Assembly (NCBI GenBank): GCA_964478425.1
Contig: CAYZIB010000005.1
Coordinates: forward strand, 5,297 to 69,296
Length of the DNA: 64,000 bases
From: an uncultured Anaeroplasmatales bacterium
Lineage (GTDB): Bacteria > Bacillota_I > Bacilli_A > Acholeplasmatales > WRBM01
Reading direction: 5' to 3'
Made by a program: the position numbers and the translations under genes
Notes under the pieces: generated by a model
What the model was told of the DNA's origin: nothing
Database searches by the model: none
The model's input: the letters and a program-made list of their open reading frames with translations, nothing else
Shown: positions 43,214 to 55,308 of the stretch, piece after piece
Position numbering within the stretch: the first letter of the stretch is position 1
Layout of the letters: each line of letters begins with the position of its first letter

Positions 43214-44860
43214 TTATTCAATCGTATTTAAAATTTCTTTTACTTCTTCTATTAAATTATTTAATAATTGATTAGATTTTTCTAATGAATTACTATTAAT
43301 TCCATAATAAATTTTTAATTTAGGTTCTGTTCCGCTTGGTCTTAAAATAAACCAATTATCTAAATCATCACTAAATTTAATCATATTTGTTTTTGGTAAA
43401 TCAGTATCTTTTAAATAATCTATTTTATCAGTTATATTAATTGTTTTTAATTTAATATCGTTACTTCTAAAATATGATAAAACACTATTCATTTTAGTAT
43501 TACCATCAATTCCTTTAAAATTAATACTTTGAGTAAATTCTTTATAATATCCATATTTTTCATAAATTTCATATAAAACATCAATTAAAGTTTTATTCAT
43601 TTGTTTATAATAACAAGTAATTTCAGCAAGCATTGTAATAGCTTGAATAGCATCTTTATCTCTTACAAAATCTTTTATTAAACATCCATATGATTCTTCA
43701 AAACCAAAATAATAATTTAAATTATTGTTTTCTAACATAGTACATTTTTCACCAATATATTTAAATCCCGTTAATACAGTTATTGTATTAAGATTATTTG
43801 ATTTTGCAATTTTTCTTGGTAGACTAGATGAAACAATTGAAGATAATACATAAGAATCTTTTTTTATTTTTTTAAATTTTGTTAAATAATCTAAAATTAT
43901 TGAAGCCGTTTCATTTCCATTTAAATAAATATATTCATTATTATGCAATACTACAACACCTAATCTATCAGCATCAGGATCTGTAGCAAGTATACAATCA
44001 GCTTTTAATTTTTTAGCAATATCAATAGCTTCACTATAAGCAATTTTTTCTTCTGGATTAGCACTTTTTACATTAGAAAAATTTGGATCAGATGTCATTT
44101 GATCTAAAACATCAACTACTTTATATCCCAAATCTCTTAAAAATTTAGAAGCAAATACACTTCCAGTACCATGTAATGGAGTATAAACAAATAAAGAATT
44201 ATCTTTTAAAACATTTTTATTAATACTAATTGTTTTTATATTTTCTAAATAAATTTTATCAATATCTTTACCAATTAAAGTAACTAATTCTAAATTTTTA
44301 GTATCTTCAATATTAAAAATATCATCAATTTTATTTATTTCTTCAATGATTTGTTCAACATATAAAGGTAATATTTGAGCACCTGTCTCATCATATATTT
44401 TATAGCCATTATATTCTTTAGGATTATGGCTTGCTGTAATTATAATTCCCCCACAAGCATGGAAATGTCTTATTGCAAAAGAAACTTCTGGTGTTGGTCT
44501 TAAACTTTCAAATCTATAAACTTTTATTCCTAAAGATGCTAACACATTAGCTGCAGCAATTGAAAATTCTTCTGAATAAAATCTGTTATCATATCCTATA
44601 ACTAAACCTCTTGTTTTAGCTAAATTTTTATATCTCTTTAATAAATATCTTCCAAAACCTAAAGTAGCCTTTTTTATAATATAAATATTTAATTTATTTG
44701 TTCCTGGTCCAAGAACTCCACGCATTCCTGCTGTTCCAAATTCTAAATTTTTATAAAAACTTTCTTTAATTTCATCTTCACTATAATTTAATAATTGTTC
44801 TTTTAAATCCTCATTTACATTATTTAACCAATAATTGTATAAGGCTTTTACATCAATCAT
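43214..44860 (-). CDS. pgcA: phosphoglucomutase/phosphomannomutase family protein (PgcA-like)
   Basis: The active-site loop is TASHNPKEYNGYK and the metal-binding block is DPDADR. The ATG at 44860 sits 6 nt after AAGGAGG. The track start at 44893 lies inside coaX. Confidence 0.88.
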   Translation of the reverse strand: MIDVKALYNYWLNNVNEDLKEQLLNYSEDEIKESFYKNLEFGTAGMRGVLGPGTNKLNIYIIKKATLGFGRYLLKRYKNLAKTRGLVIGYDNRFYSEEFSIAAANVLASLGIKVYRFESLRPTPEVSFAIRHFHACGGIIITASHNPKEYNGYKIYDETGAQILPLYVEQIIEEINKIDDIFNIEDTKNLELVTLIGKDIDKIYLENIKTISINKNVLKDNSLFVYTPLHGTGSVFASKFLRDLGYKVVDVLDQMTSDPNFSNVKSANPEEKIAYSEAIDIAKKLKADCILATDPDADRLGVVVLHNNEYIYLNGNETASIILDYLTKFKKIKKDSYVLSSIVSSSLPRKIAKSNNLNTITVLTGFKYIGEKCTMLENNNLNYYFGFEESYGCLIKDFVRDKDAIQAITMLAEITCYYKQMNKTLIDVLYEIYEKYGYYKEFTQSINFKGIDGNTKMNSVLSYFRSNDIKLKTINITDKIDYLKDTDLPKTNMIKFSDDLDNWFILRPSGTEPKLKIYYGINSNSLEKSNQLLNNLIEEVKEILNTIE

Positions 44861-44861
44861 A

Positions 44862-45611
44862 CTATTCCTCCTTATTTTTTTTAAATATATCAATTATACC
44901 TTCTAAAATTAAATTTTCATCTAGTATAATATTTTCTTCACATAAAGGTATAATCAAATTAGCTAATCCCCCAGTAGCAATCACTTTAAAATCACTATTT
45001 ACTTCTTTTCTAATTCTTTTAATCATACCATCTACTTCACTTGCAGTACCATATGTAACACCTGATTGCATACACAAAATTGTATTATTTCCTAATACAT
45101 TTTTAGGTACACTTAAATCAATATTAGGTAATAAAGCAGTATTTTTTACAAGTGAATTTATTGAAATATTAACACCAGGAGATATTACAACTCCCATAAT
45201 TGTTTTATTCTTTACATAGATATATTTATTGGCTGTTCCTAAATCAACGATTAAACAACTATCTCCATATTTAAAACTACCAACACTAGAGCAAATCAAA
45301 TCAGCACCTACTTCTTTTGGATTGATTGCTTTGACTTTTAAGCCTGTTTTAACTCCGGGAGTAATATTTATCGGATTTATTTTAAAATGCTTTAAAATCA
45401 TTTGATTTATAAGGTTTGAGACATTTGGAACAACGCTTGATATAATTACATCAGAAATTTCTTTAATATTTATAAAATTTTTTATTAATAAATAATATTC
45501 ATCAGCACTTTTATCTTTATCAGTATTAATTCTATAAGTGTTTAAAATTTTATAATTGTTTGCTGTTGCAAATAAAATATTGGTATTTCCAATATCAAAT
45601 AATAATATCAT
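44862..45611 (-). CDS. coaX: type III pantothenate kinase
   Basis: MILLFDIGNTN... and the ...ATGG... ASKHA fold motifs are present. The alternative GTG start at 45620 forms a GTGA overlap with the upstream gene. Confidence 0.88.
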   Translation of the reverse strand: MILLFDIGNTNILFATANNYKILNTYRINTDKDKSADEYYLLIKNFINIKEISDVIISSVVPNVSNLINQMILKHFKINPINITPGVKTGLKVKAINPKEVGADLICSSVGSFKYGDSCLIVDLGTANKYIYVKNKTIMGVVISPGVNISINSLVKNTALLPNIDLSVPKNVLGNNTILCMQSGVTYGTASEVDGMIKRIRKEVNSDFKVIATGGLANLIIPLCEENIILDENLILEGIIDIFKKNKEE

Positions 45612-45616
45612 ATTTA

Positions 45617-46201
45617 TCACTCACTTATTCCTATATTATAATTTTTTGATACTACATTTATTAAATAAACAACTGTTGGTGATAAAACTATATTAATAAA
45701 AAATTCTATAATAAAATTTATCCCAATATAATAAACTATTATATACATAATAGCATTCACTCCAGCATCTGTTGCAAAACCTAGTATTGGTTTATAAAAA
45801 AATACTAAGCAACCTATAAAAAATACAGATGTATTAATAATAGGGGCAATTAATGTTGCAATAATGATTGCTAATTTTTTATTTTTATTTTTAATTAAAT
45901 TATAAACTAAACCAACTATTAATCCTGTTAAAATTGATTTTAACAATACAACTATAATAGTTCCAATAGGATTTAACGCATAAAAGAATTGTGCATCCAT
46001 TAATAATACAACTAATCCCATAATAAATCCTAAAAATATTCCGCCTTTTGGTCCATATAAAATAGATCCAACAACTAATGGAATTAATGCTAGGGTAATA
46101 CTAAATTGTCCTAGCGGAATTTTTATTAAGGATAAAGCCGCTACAATTGAGCCAATAATGCTTAATCCCATCATTCTTTTAATTTTAATACTATTTTTCA
46201 T
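45617..46201 (-). CDS. ECF transporter S component (putatively pantothenate-specific, PanT-like)
   Basis: 194 aa with 6 TM helices and the size and topology of an ECF S component. It lies immediately upstream of, and coupled to, coaX. Confidence 0.55.
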   Translation of the reverse strand: MKNSIKIKRMMGLSIIGSIVAALSLIKIPLGQFSITLALIPLVVGSILYGPKGGIFLGFIMGLVVLLMDAQFFYALNPIGTIIVVLLKSILTGLIVGLVYNLIKNKNKKLAIIIATLIAPIINTSVFFIGCLVFFYKPILGFATDAGVNAIMYIIVYYIGINFIIEFFINIVLSPTVVYLINVVSKNYNIGISE

Positions 46202-46283
46202 AATTTTCTCCTTTTTGGTCCTTAAAGGTACCTTAATTAGTTATATTATACTCTATATTTTTTTTATAAACAATATATATAAA

Positions 46284-46310
46284 ATAAAAAAATCTCTTAA
46301 AATAAGAGAA
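46284..46310 (-). terminator. intrinsic terminator after ydbT-like gene
   Basis: A stem pairs TCTCTTA with TAAGAGA. A T-run follows on the minus strand. Confidence 0.65.
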
Positions 46311-46314
46311 TTTT

Positions 46315-47763
46315 TTAAAACTTTATACAATTTAATAACAAATTAAAAACATCTTCATTAAGATTATTAACTGTAACTTTATTTAATTGATTATTATTAT
46401 AAAAATGGATTTTATACGAATAAATATTTTCTTTTTTTCTAAAGTATGTAGTCTTTTTTTCTATTCCGATTAAATTATTATTTTTAATAATTACTGCATT
46501 TTTAAATAATCCTTGATAAACTATAATTTTATCATTAGAAATATTTATTTTATTATTTTTATACCTTATGTATGAAAATAAATAATTTATAATAAAAATA
46601 AATAAAAATATAAGAATTGAAACTATATAAAATTTATTTAAGTAAATATTTAAATTTGTATTTATAAAAACCGAAAGTAAAAATATTAATATAGTAAAAT
46701 ATAGTAAATAAGTTATTATTAAAGGTAATATTAAAAAATATTTAAAAGCATTTTTTTTAGGTAAGATATAATTATCTTCTAAATTATATTCATTAACTAA
46801 TTTATTTAAGGTATCTTTTATTAATTTTGTTTTAACAAAAGGAATAAATATTCCATTATTATTTTGATTATTTTCGTTATTATTATAATTATTATATCCG
46901 ATAGCATCCAGTTTTATTTCAGCAATTTTAAATAACCTTTTAATTAAACCATATTTTATAGTTATTGACTTTATATTTTCTATTTTTATTTGATAATTGT
47001 ATTTAACAAATAAGCCATATGATATATAAATAACATCATTCATTCTAAATGCTTTATAATCATATAAATTTAAAATTTGAATGAGCAATGTTAAAAAATA
47101 TAAATAAACTAATGAAATAATAAAATATAAATTAACCGATAAAAAATCTTTACTATTTTTTATTAATCCAAAATATAAAACTAAAAAAATTAATAAATAA
47201 ATTATAATTAAAATACTTGAATATATTAGATGAATTAAAATTTTATCTTTTACTTTATATTTATAAATATCATTAATATTTATATTAGTTTTTTCATCAT
47301 TAATATTAATTTTTTTATTAATAAAATTATATAATTCATCTATTAAATAACTATTATTAGTTATTTTTATTTCTGCTTTATAAAATTTTAATGCTGATCC
47401 TGAATCAATTTCTATAGTTTTTAAATTGAATAATTTTTGAATTAAACCTTGTTTTATATTTATAGTATGGATTTTTAAATATTTTAATGAAATATTTTTT
47501 TTAAATAAAAAGCCTTTTTTTAAATTAATTTCCAAATCATTATAATCATATATAATATTTTTATAATTAAAGTAAATTAAAACACATTCAATTAAATAAA
47601 TAAAAACAAAAAATACTATAATTAAAGTAACTAAATATCCTTTTATTTTTATTTCGTTAAAAGCAAATAAAAAATATAAATAGATAATTAAAGAAACAAA
47701 AAAAGTTATTAAAATATTGTAATAAAAATATTTTTTAGATATTTTATTATTCATTATTATCAC
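46315..47763 (-). CDS. ydbT: YdbT-like membrane protein with repeated bacterial PH (bPH_2/DUF304) domains
   Basis: 482 aa. TM hairpins alternate with three segments of the type GLI..LF....I.I....... It is paired with the ydbS-like gene as in B. subtilis. An alternative ATG start is at 47754. Confidence 0.6.
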   Translation of the reverse strand: MIIMNNKISKKYFYYNILITFFVSLIIYLYFLFAFNEIKIKGYLVTLIIVFFVFIYLIECVLIYFNYKNIIYDYNDLEINLKKGFLFKKNISLKYLKIHTINIKQGLIQKLFNLKTIEIDSGSALKFYKAEIKITNNSYLIDELYNFINKKININDEKTNININDIYKYKVKDKILIHLIYSSILIIIYLLIFLVLYFGLIKNSKDFLSVNLYFIISLVYLYFLTLLIQILNLYDYKAFRMNDVIYISYGLFVKYNYQIKIENIKSITIKYGLIKRLFKIAEIKLDAIGYNNYNNNENNQNNNGIFIPFVKTKLIKDTLNKLVNEYNLEDNYILPKKNAFKYFLILPLIITYLLYFTILIFLLSVFINTNLNIYLNKFYIVSILIFLFIFIINYLFSYIRYKNNKINISNDKIIVYQGLFKNAVIIKNNNLIGIEKKTTYFRKKENIYSYKIHFYNNNQLNKVTVNNLNEDVFNLLLNCIKF

Positions 47764-48232
47764 CGATTTTGTTTTTTACTAACATATATATTTCATTTTG
47801 CATTTTTTTTGCTTCGTTAATATCTAAACATTTAATAAAATGATCTGATCCAGCAGTTGAAACTTCTATTTTTGAGATATTAAATAATTGTTCTAATGGT
47901 CCTTGCATTAGTTCTATATCTTGAATTTGATTAACAGGTATAATCACTTTAGAAATAAAAATTACTCCTTTTATTATATATATTTTATCTGAATCATAAT
48001 AATACTTATAGTTATTATACTGTAATTTTGTTAAAACAAATGTATAAAAAAAATTAAATATATTTAAACAAGTAAAAATAAGAATTAATATATAATTTAA
48101 GATATTATTAATATTACTATTAATAAATAAAAAACAAAATAAAATAGAAAAAACTAAAAAAATCAAAAAATAAGAGATTCTATACAATAATTTATATTTT
48201 ATATAATTTTTAGAAATATTTTTAAATTCCAT
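47747..48232 (-). CDS. ydbS: YdbS-like membrane protein with one bacterial PH (bPH_2) domain
   Basis: 161 aa with two TM helices followed by ...IPVNQIQDIELMQGPLEQLFNISKIEVSTAG, the bPH_2 signature. Confidence 0.65.
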   Translation of the reverse strand: MEFKNISKNYIKYKLLYRISYFLIFLVFSILFCFLFINSNINNILNYILILIFTCLNIFNFFYTFVLTKLQYNNYKYYYDSDKIYIIKGVIFISKVIIPVNQIQDIELMQGPLEQLFNISKIEVSTAGSDHFIKCLDINEAKKMQNEIYMLVKNKIGDNNE

Positions 48233-48294
48233 AAGCTTACTCCTTTTATAAAAAAATCCGTTTTAAAAACGGATTTTAATATTTGTATATTAAA

Positions 48295-49608
<1,314 letters not shown>

Positions 49609-49705
49609 TTATTTTTGCATATATATTATACCATATAACAAAAAAAATTTAATAATTATTTTATTAATTAAAGAAGAAAACGCTTTTATATATTTGTTTT
49701 AAACA

Positions 49706-49736
49706 TAAAAAAAGCTCTAACATATTTGTTAAAGCT
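49706..49736 (-). terminator. intrinsic terminator after gpmI
   Basis: The 9-bp stem contains a position that is G-U only on the minus strand and a C-A mismatch on the plus strand. A T7 run follows on the minus strand. Confidence 0.7.
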
Positions 49737-49745
49737 ATTTATAAA

Positions 49746-51272
49746 TTATTTTTTTATTAAACTTTTACCAGTCATTTCTTTTGGTTGTTCTAAATTTAAT
49801 AATTCTAAAAGTGTAGGTGCTAAATCACCTAAATTACCACTATTTAAACTTACACCTTGTTTAGTTAAAATAACAGGTACTCTATTAGTAGAATGCGCTG
49901 TATATGGTTTAAATGAATCATCAAGCATTTTATCTGCATTACCATGATCAGCTGTAATTAATGCAACACCACCATGATTTAATAATGCTTTATATACTTT
50001 TCCTAAACATTCATCAACTGCTTCTACTGCTTTAATTGTTGCAGGAATATTTCCTGTATGTCCTACCATATCACAGTTAGCAAAATTTAATATAATTGTA
50101 TCAAATTCTTCTTTATTAATTGCATCTAATACTTTATCTGTAACTTCATAAATTGACATTTCTGGTTTTAAATCATATGTTGCAACTTTAGGTGAATCAA
50201 CTAAAATTCTTGTTGAATTAAAAATATCTTTATCTACTCCACCATCAAAGAAGAATGTAACATGAGCATATTTTTCTGTTTCAGCAATTCTTAATTGTTT
50301 TAACCCCATTTTTGATACATAATCACCATATGTATTATTTAAATCTTGTATTCCAAATGCGACATCACCTAAAACTTTATCTGAATAAAGCATCATTGAA
50401 ACAAAATAGATATCTGTCGGTCCATTAGTAACATCTAATTTATTTAATCCAGTTTCTTTTTGTGTATAAGCATTACTAGGATTTGATAAAGCTGTTCCGA
50501 TTTGGATTGCTCTATCTGGTCTAAAATTAGCAAATATTACAGCATCGCCATCTTCAATCATTCCACTTTCATCTACTATAAATGGTTTAATAAATTCATC
50601 AAATACACCATTTTCATAGCTTTTTTTAATAGCATCAATTGGATCATTATAATGAGGCCCTATATTTTTAGTCATTGCATCATATGCTACTTGAATTCTA
50701 TCCCAGTTTTTATCTCTATCCATTCCATAATATCTACCACCAACTGTAGCAATTTTACAGATATTTTGATCAATAACTTGTTGTAAATATTTACTTGCAG
50801 AATCAGGAGCAACATCACGACCATCTAAAAAAGCGTGATAATAAATTTTTTCTACTCCTTCTTTTTTTGCAAGATCAAATAAAGCTAATATATGATCAAT
50901 TCTTGAATGTACTCCACCATCACTACATAATCCTAAAATATGTAATTTACTATTATTTTTTTTAACTCTAGAAATAGCTTTTAAAAAATATTCATTTTTA
51001 TAAAAATCCCCATTTTTAATTGCAACATTTATTCTTGTTAAAGATTGATAAACAATTCTTCCTGCTCCAATATTTAAATGTCCAACTTCACTATTTCCCA
51101 TTTGTCCTTCTGGTAATCCGACATCATTACCACTTGCTCCTAAAGTACTATTAGGATAATGACTTATTAAATAATCATAATTTGGAGTATGTGCTAAACT
51201 AATCGCATTTCCTTCGCTTGGTTTAGCAAGTCCAAATCCATCCATTATGATTAATGCAACTGTATTTTTCAT
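49746..51272 (-). CDS. gpmI: 2,3-bisphosphoglycerate-independent phosphoglycerate mutase
   Basis: MKNTVALIIMDGFG..., the SEVGH active-site Ser and ITADHGN are present. The ATG at 51272 sits 9 nt after GAGGTG. The track's GTG at 51284 is part of that RBS. Confidence 0.95.
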   Translation of the reverse strand: MKNTVALIIMDGFGLAKPSEGNAISLAHTPNYDYLISHYPNSTLGASGNDVGLPEGQMGNSEVGHLNIGAGRIVYQSLTRINVAIKNGDFYKNEYFLKAISRVKKNNSKLHILGLCSDGGVHSRIDHILALFDLAKKEGVEKIYYHAFLDGRDVAPDSASKYLQQVIDQNICKIATVGGRYYGMDRDKNWDRIQVAYDAMTKNIGPHYNDPIDAIKKSYENGVFDEFIKPFIVDESGMIEDGDAVIFANFRPDRAIQIGTALSNPSNAYTQKETGLNKLDVTNGPTDIYFVSMMLYSDKVLGDVAFGIQDLNNTYGDYVSKMGLKQLRIAETEKYAHVTFFFDGGVDKDIFNSTRILVDSPKVATYDLKPEMSIYEVTDKVLDAINKEEFDTIILNFANCDMVGHTGNIPATIKAVEAVDECLGKVYKALLNHGGVALITADHGNADKMLDDSFKPYTAHSTNRVPVILTKQGVSLNSGNLGDLAPTLLELLNLEQPKEMTGKSLIKK

Positions 51273-51372
51273 TTTTTTTAACACCTCAATTATATTATAT
51301 CTAATTTTTTTATTTTTGCATTAAATATGATTATGTAAACGCTATTTTAAAATAAAAAAGTCTTTTTAAAGA

Positions 51373-51630
51373 CTAATTTACATATATTTTAATTTTATCT
51401 CCTGATTCTTTTTCAAAAACAAATATATCGCCATTTATTAAATATCCATTAATAAGTAAATCAATATCAACGCCTTCTAATAATTTTGATATATCAACTC
51501 CATTAATTTTAATTTGTTTTGTTTTAACTTTATTTATTAATTTTTTAAAAATGTTAAATGGTAATTTAAAATCAAATTCGTTATTTTTTTTAGTTTTAAT
51601 ATTTATTCTTACAGTTTTATTTTCTTCCAA
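51373..51630 (-). CDS. hypothetical small protein (85 aa)
   Basis: An ORF with a GGAGGG RBS and its own terminator hairpin (AGTCTTT/AAAGACT at about 51351-51372). No recognisable motif. Confidence 0.45.
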   Translation of the reverse strand: MEENKTVRINIKTKKNNEFDFKLPFNIFKKLINKVKTKQIKINGVDISKLLEGVDIDLLINGYLINGDIFVFEKESGDKIKIYVN

Positions 51631-51691
51631 ATTATCCCTCCATAATTTAATATATGGAAAATTTAAAATATTGTTAATAAAAAAAGAATAA

Positions 51692-52696
51692 TTAATTCTT
51701 TTTTAATAAATCAATTATTCTTTTTGAAATTTCATCAAATGCCATACCAGCATATGTGTTACTATCATATATATAAGTTCCATCATGTTTTACAATTGGA
51801 ATTTCACCTAAAAATTTAGTATCTAAAATGTTTGCTACTTCCAATCCTCCACCAGTACCAAAGATATAATCTTTTTCCTTATTTATCGGATTTAAATAGT
51901 AACTCATATTTTCAATAACACCTAATAAATTTTGATTCATTTGTAAAGCACCAATTCCTGCTTTAACAGCAATATCAGATGCATTGTGATTTGGAGTTGT
52001 AACTATAATTACATTTGAATTTGGAATTAAATTTTTTAAATCAATCATTACATCTCCAGTTCCTGGAGGTAAATCTACAAACATATATTCAATATCATCA
52101 CTCCATAATGTATCATTTATAAAATGTCCAAGCATTTTTCCTAGCATTGGACCACGCCACATTAATGGTTTACCTTCAGTAAAATAAGATGTTGAAATAT
52201 ATTCAATATCATTGATTGTAGCAGGAAAAATTTTTCCATTTTGTAAGCCCATGATACTTACATCTTCTTTTTTTAAGATGTTTGGAATAGATGCTCCATA
52301 TATATCAGCATCAATTATTCCAACTTTTTTTCCAAGTCTACTAAATGAAAAAGCAAGGTTTGCACATACACTTGATTTACCAACTCCACCTTTTCCACTT
52401 TCAACTAAAATATATGTCTTATTTTTATTATTTTCTTCTAATGAATCCATAAATTCATCAATTATTTCAATTTTAATTCCACTAAAATTATATTTAATTT
52501 TAACTAATTTAGTTAATTCATGTTTAAATTTATTTAAATTATCAACATTACTTTTATCCATTTTAACTTTAACAAATATAACATCATTTTCTTCTAAATT
52601 TAAATCTAATAAAGAATTTAATTCTTTTAATGTTTTATTAAAATTATAATCGATTAAATTTAAAATTTCTTCTTTTAAAATAGAAATATCTTTCAT
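51692..52696 (-). CDS. mrp: Mrp/ApbC/NBP35-family Fe-S cluster carrier ATPase
   Basis: 334 aa. The deviant Walker A is ESGKGGVGKSSV. The N-terminal region is DUF59-like. DLPPGTGD is present. Confidence 0.85.
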   Translation of the reverse strand: MKDISILKEEILNLIDYNFNKTLKELNSLLDLNLEENDVIFVKVKMDKSNVDNLNKFKHELTKLVKIKYNFSGIKIEIIDEFMDSLEENNKNKTYILVESGKGGVGKSSVCANLAFSFSRLGKKVGIIDADIYGASIPNILKKEDVSIMGLQNGKIFPATINDIEYISTSYFTEGKPLMWRGPMLGKMLGHFINDTLWSDDIEYMFVDLPPGTGDVMIDLKNLIPNSNVIIVTTPNHNASDIAVKAGIGALQMNQNLLGVIENMSYYLNPINKEKDYIFGTGGGLEVANILDTKFLGEIPIVKHDGTYIYDSNTYAGMAFDEISKRIIDLLKKN

Positions 52697-52697
52697 T

Positions 52698-54602
52698 TTA
52701 AAAGTCCTTTCTTTCTTTAATTTCTTTATTAATCATTTCTAAAAATTCTTTTCTTGTTACTGTAAATTGTTCTTTTTTACCATATTTTCTATATGTAACT
52801 AAATTATTATTAACTTCATTATCACCAATAACTAATTGATAAGGAATTTTTAATGTTTGAGCTTCTCTTATTTTATATCCTAATTTTTCATCACGATAAT
52901 CTTTTTCAACTCTTATTTTGTTATTTAATAATTCATCGTAAATACTATTAGCATATTCTTCATGATATTGGTTATTTACAGGAATTAATTTAACTTGAAC
53001 AGGACTTAACCAAGTAGGGAAAGCTCCACCAAAATGTTCAATTAATATACCTATAAAACGTTCTAATGAACCAAATAATGCTCTATGTAACATAACAGGA
53101 CGTTCTTTTTCACCTTTATCATCAATATATGTAATATCAAATCTTTCAGGTAAATTCATATCTAATTGAATAGTCCCACATTGCCAAATTCTATTCATTG
53201 AATCTTTTAATTTAAAATCTAATTTAGGACCATAAAATGCTCCATCACCTTCATTAATTTTATAAGGTTTATTAATAGATTCTAAGGCGCTTGCTAAAGC
53301 TTTTTCGGCTTCATCCCAAATTTCAATAGAACCAATATATTTATCAAGAGGTCTTGTAGATAATTCAATATTAAATTGTAAATTAAATTTAGAATAAACT
53401 TCTTCATATAATTTAACAAGTTTTGCGACTTCTTCAACTATTTGATCTTTTCTCATAAAAATATGAGCATCATCTTGAGTAAATGTTCTTACTCTAAATA
53501 AACCATTTAAAGCTCCACTTGCTTCATGGCGATGAACAAGTCCTAATTCACCTATTCTTAATGGTAATTCTCTATATGAATGTATTTGATTTTTGTAAAC
53601 TAAAATACTTCCAGGACAATTCATTGGTTTTATAGCAAATTCATGATCATCAATTGTTGATGTATACATATTTTCACGGTAATTAAACCAGTGACCAGAT
53701 ATTTCCCATAATGTTTTATCTAACATAATTGGAGTTTGGATTAATTTATATTCATTTTTTTGATGAATTTCCATCCAATAAGCTTCTAATTCTTTTCTTA
53801 AAGCCATTCCTTTTGGTAACCAAAATGGAAAACCAGGTCCATATTCACTTATCATGAATAAATCTAATTCTTTACCTAATTTACGATGATCTCTTTTTTT
53901 TCTTTCTTCTAAAATATTTAAATGATTTTTTAAATCATCTTCTTTAAAAAATGCAACTCCATAAATTCTTGTTAATTGTTTATTGTTTGAATTTCCTCTC
54001 CAATAAGCACCAGCTAAACTTAATAATTTAAAAGCTTTAATATTTTTAGTATTTCCAATATGTACTCCTCTACATAAATCAGTAAAATCATTTTGAGTAT
54101 ATATTGAAATATCTCCTTCAAGTTCATTAATTAATTCAAGTTTATATGGATTTTCTTTAAATAAATTTAATGCTTCATCTTTTTTTACATTTTTTCTTAT
54201 AATTTCAATTTCTTCTTTTTTAATTTTTTGCATCATTTCTTCAATTTTAGGTAAATCTTTATCAGTTATAGAAATATCACCAAAATCTATATCATAATAA
54301 AATCCTTCTTCAATTGTTGGACCAATTCCAAATAACGCATTTGGATATAATCTTTTTATTGCATGTGCAAGTAAATGAGCACATGAATGATTTAAAATAT
54401 TAAATGCTCTTGCATCATCATTTAATATAAATTCTAGTTTAGCATCTTCATTTATTTTTTCATTCATATCAATTAATTCATCATTTTTTATAGCAGCAAC
54501 CATTTTTTTTGCTAATGATAAAGAAATTTTAGATGCTATTTGATAAGCTGTTAAATTATTTTCAAATTCAACTTTACTATTATCTTTTAATGTAATTAAC
54601 AT
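52698..54602 (-). CDS. thrS: threonine--tRNA ligase
   Basis: 634 aa with N-terminal TGS, an editing domain (HSCAHLLAHA), class II motifs (FRVRTFTQDDAHIF) and an anticodon-binding domain. Confidence 0.97.
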   Translation of the reverse strand: MLITLKDNSKVEFENNLTAYQIASKISLSLAKKMVAAIKNDELIDMNEKINEDAKLEFILNDDARAFNILNHSCAHLLAHAIKRLYPNALFGIGPTIEEGFYYDIDFGDISITDKDLPKIEEMMQKIKKEEIEIIRKNVKKDEALNLFKENPYKLELINELEGDISIYTQNDFTDLCRGVHIGNTKNIKAFKLLSLAGAYWRGNSNNKQLTRIYGVAFFKEDDLKNHLNILEERKKRDHRKLGKELDLFMISEYGPGFPFWLPKGMALRKELEAYWMEIHQKNEYKLIQTPIMLDKTLWEISGHWFNYRENMYTSTIDDHEFAIKPMNCPGSILVYKNQIHSYRELPLRIGELGLVHRHEASGALNGLFRVRTFTQDDAHIFMRKDQIVEEVAKLVKLYEEVYSKFNLQFNIELSTRPLDKYIGSIEIWDEAEKALASALESINKPYKINEGDGAFYGPKLDFKLKDSMNRIWQCGTIQLDMNLPERFDITYIDDKGEKERPVMLHRALFGSLERFIGILIEHFGGAFPTWLSPVQVKLIPVNNQYHEEYANSIYDELLNNKIRVEKDYRDEKLGYKIREAQTLKIPYQLVIGDNEVNNNLVTYRKYGKKEQFTVTRKEFLEMINKEIKERKDF

Positions 54603-54621
54603 ATTTAAAATCTCCTTTTTT

Positions 54622-54830
54622 AAAATAAAAAAAGTCCTTATAAAAATAAGGACGAATTATCGCGGTACCACCTTAATTCTGGTTTTATCCAGCACTTAAA
54701 TCTTTAAAGCAGATATACTTAATCTCATTTCCTAGATTAACTCCTTGAGTAGTAATATTTTAGTTAGTAGCTTACACCATCCTACTTCGCTTAATTTTAA
54801 AATATCGTGTCTCAAATCAACGCTAAATTA
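54622..54830 (-). promoter_or_regulatory. T-box leader (threonine specifier) controlling thrS
   Basis: On the minus strand the T-box sequence is AATTAAGGTGGTACCGCG (54678-54661). The terminator pairs GTCCTTA with TAAGGAC (54653-54634) and T9 follows. The candidate specifier ACU followed by A is at 54753-54751. The stem I region contains TGAGA and AGTA elements. Confidence 0.85.
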
Positions 54831-54845
54831 ATTTTATATTTTTTT

Positions 54846-55307
54846 TTATGCTTTGTCAATATTAAATTCATCAGTATCAAGAATAATTGTAACAGGTCCA
54901 TCATTTAAAAGTGATATTTTCATATCACTACCAAATATACCTTCTGATACATCTATTCCTGTTTCTCTTAATTTTTTATTAAATAATAAATAATATTCAT
55001 TTGCAAGTCGTGGTTCTAATGCGGATATAAATGATGGTCTGTTTCCTTTTTTTACTGAACCATATAATGTAAATTGTGAAATTGATAATATTTTACCATT
55101 TACATCAAAAATATTTTTATTCATTTTATCTAATTCATCTTTAAATATTCTTAACTTAATTATTTTATTTACCATATAATCAATTTCTTTTATTGTATCA
55201 GTGTCTTTAAATCCTACAAATAGTAATAATCCTTCATCTATTTTTCCTGTTATATTATTATCAACAACACATTTTGCATAACTTACTTTTTGCACTACTA
55301 CTTTCAT
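54846..55307 (-). CDS. dtd: D-aminoacyl-tRNA deacylase
   Basis: 153 aa. MKVVVQKV..., SQFTLYG....G.RPSF and NDGPVT are present. rel-dtd synteny supports it. Confidence 0.93.
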   Translation of the reverse strand: MKVVVQKVSYAKCVVDNNITGKIDEGLLLFVGFKDTDTIKEIDYMVNKIIKLRIFKDELDKMNKNIFDVNGKILSISQFTLYGSVKKGNRPSFISALEPRLANEYYLLFNKKLRETGIDVSEGIFGSDMKISLLNDGPVTIILDTDEFNIDKA

Positions 55308-55308
55308 A

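Noticed and set aside
46855-46905. AAT/ATT-rich quasi-repeat encoding YNNYNNNENNQNNNG inside the ydbT-like gene.
   Set aside because: It is a low-complexity Asn-rich linker consistent with genome composition. No exact tandem unit is present.
52212-52649. 145-aa plus-strand ORF inside the mrp gene.
   Set aside because: It is antisense to the conserved Mrp P-loop region. It has no RBS or promoter.
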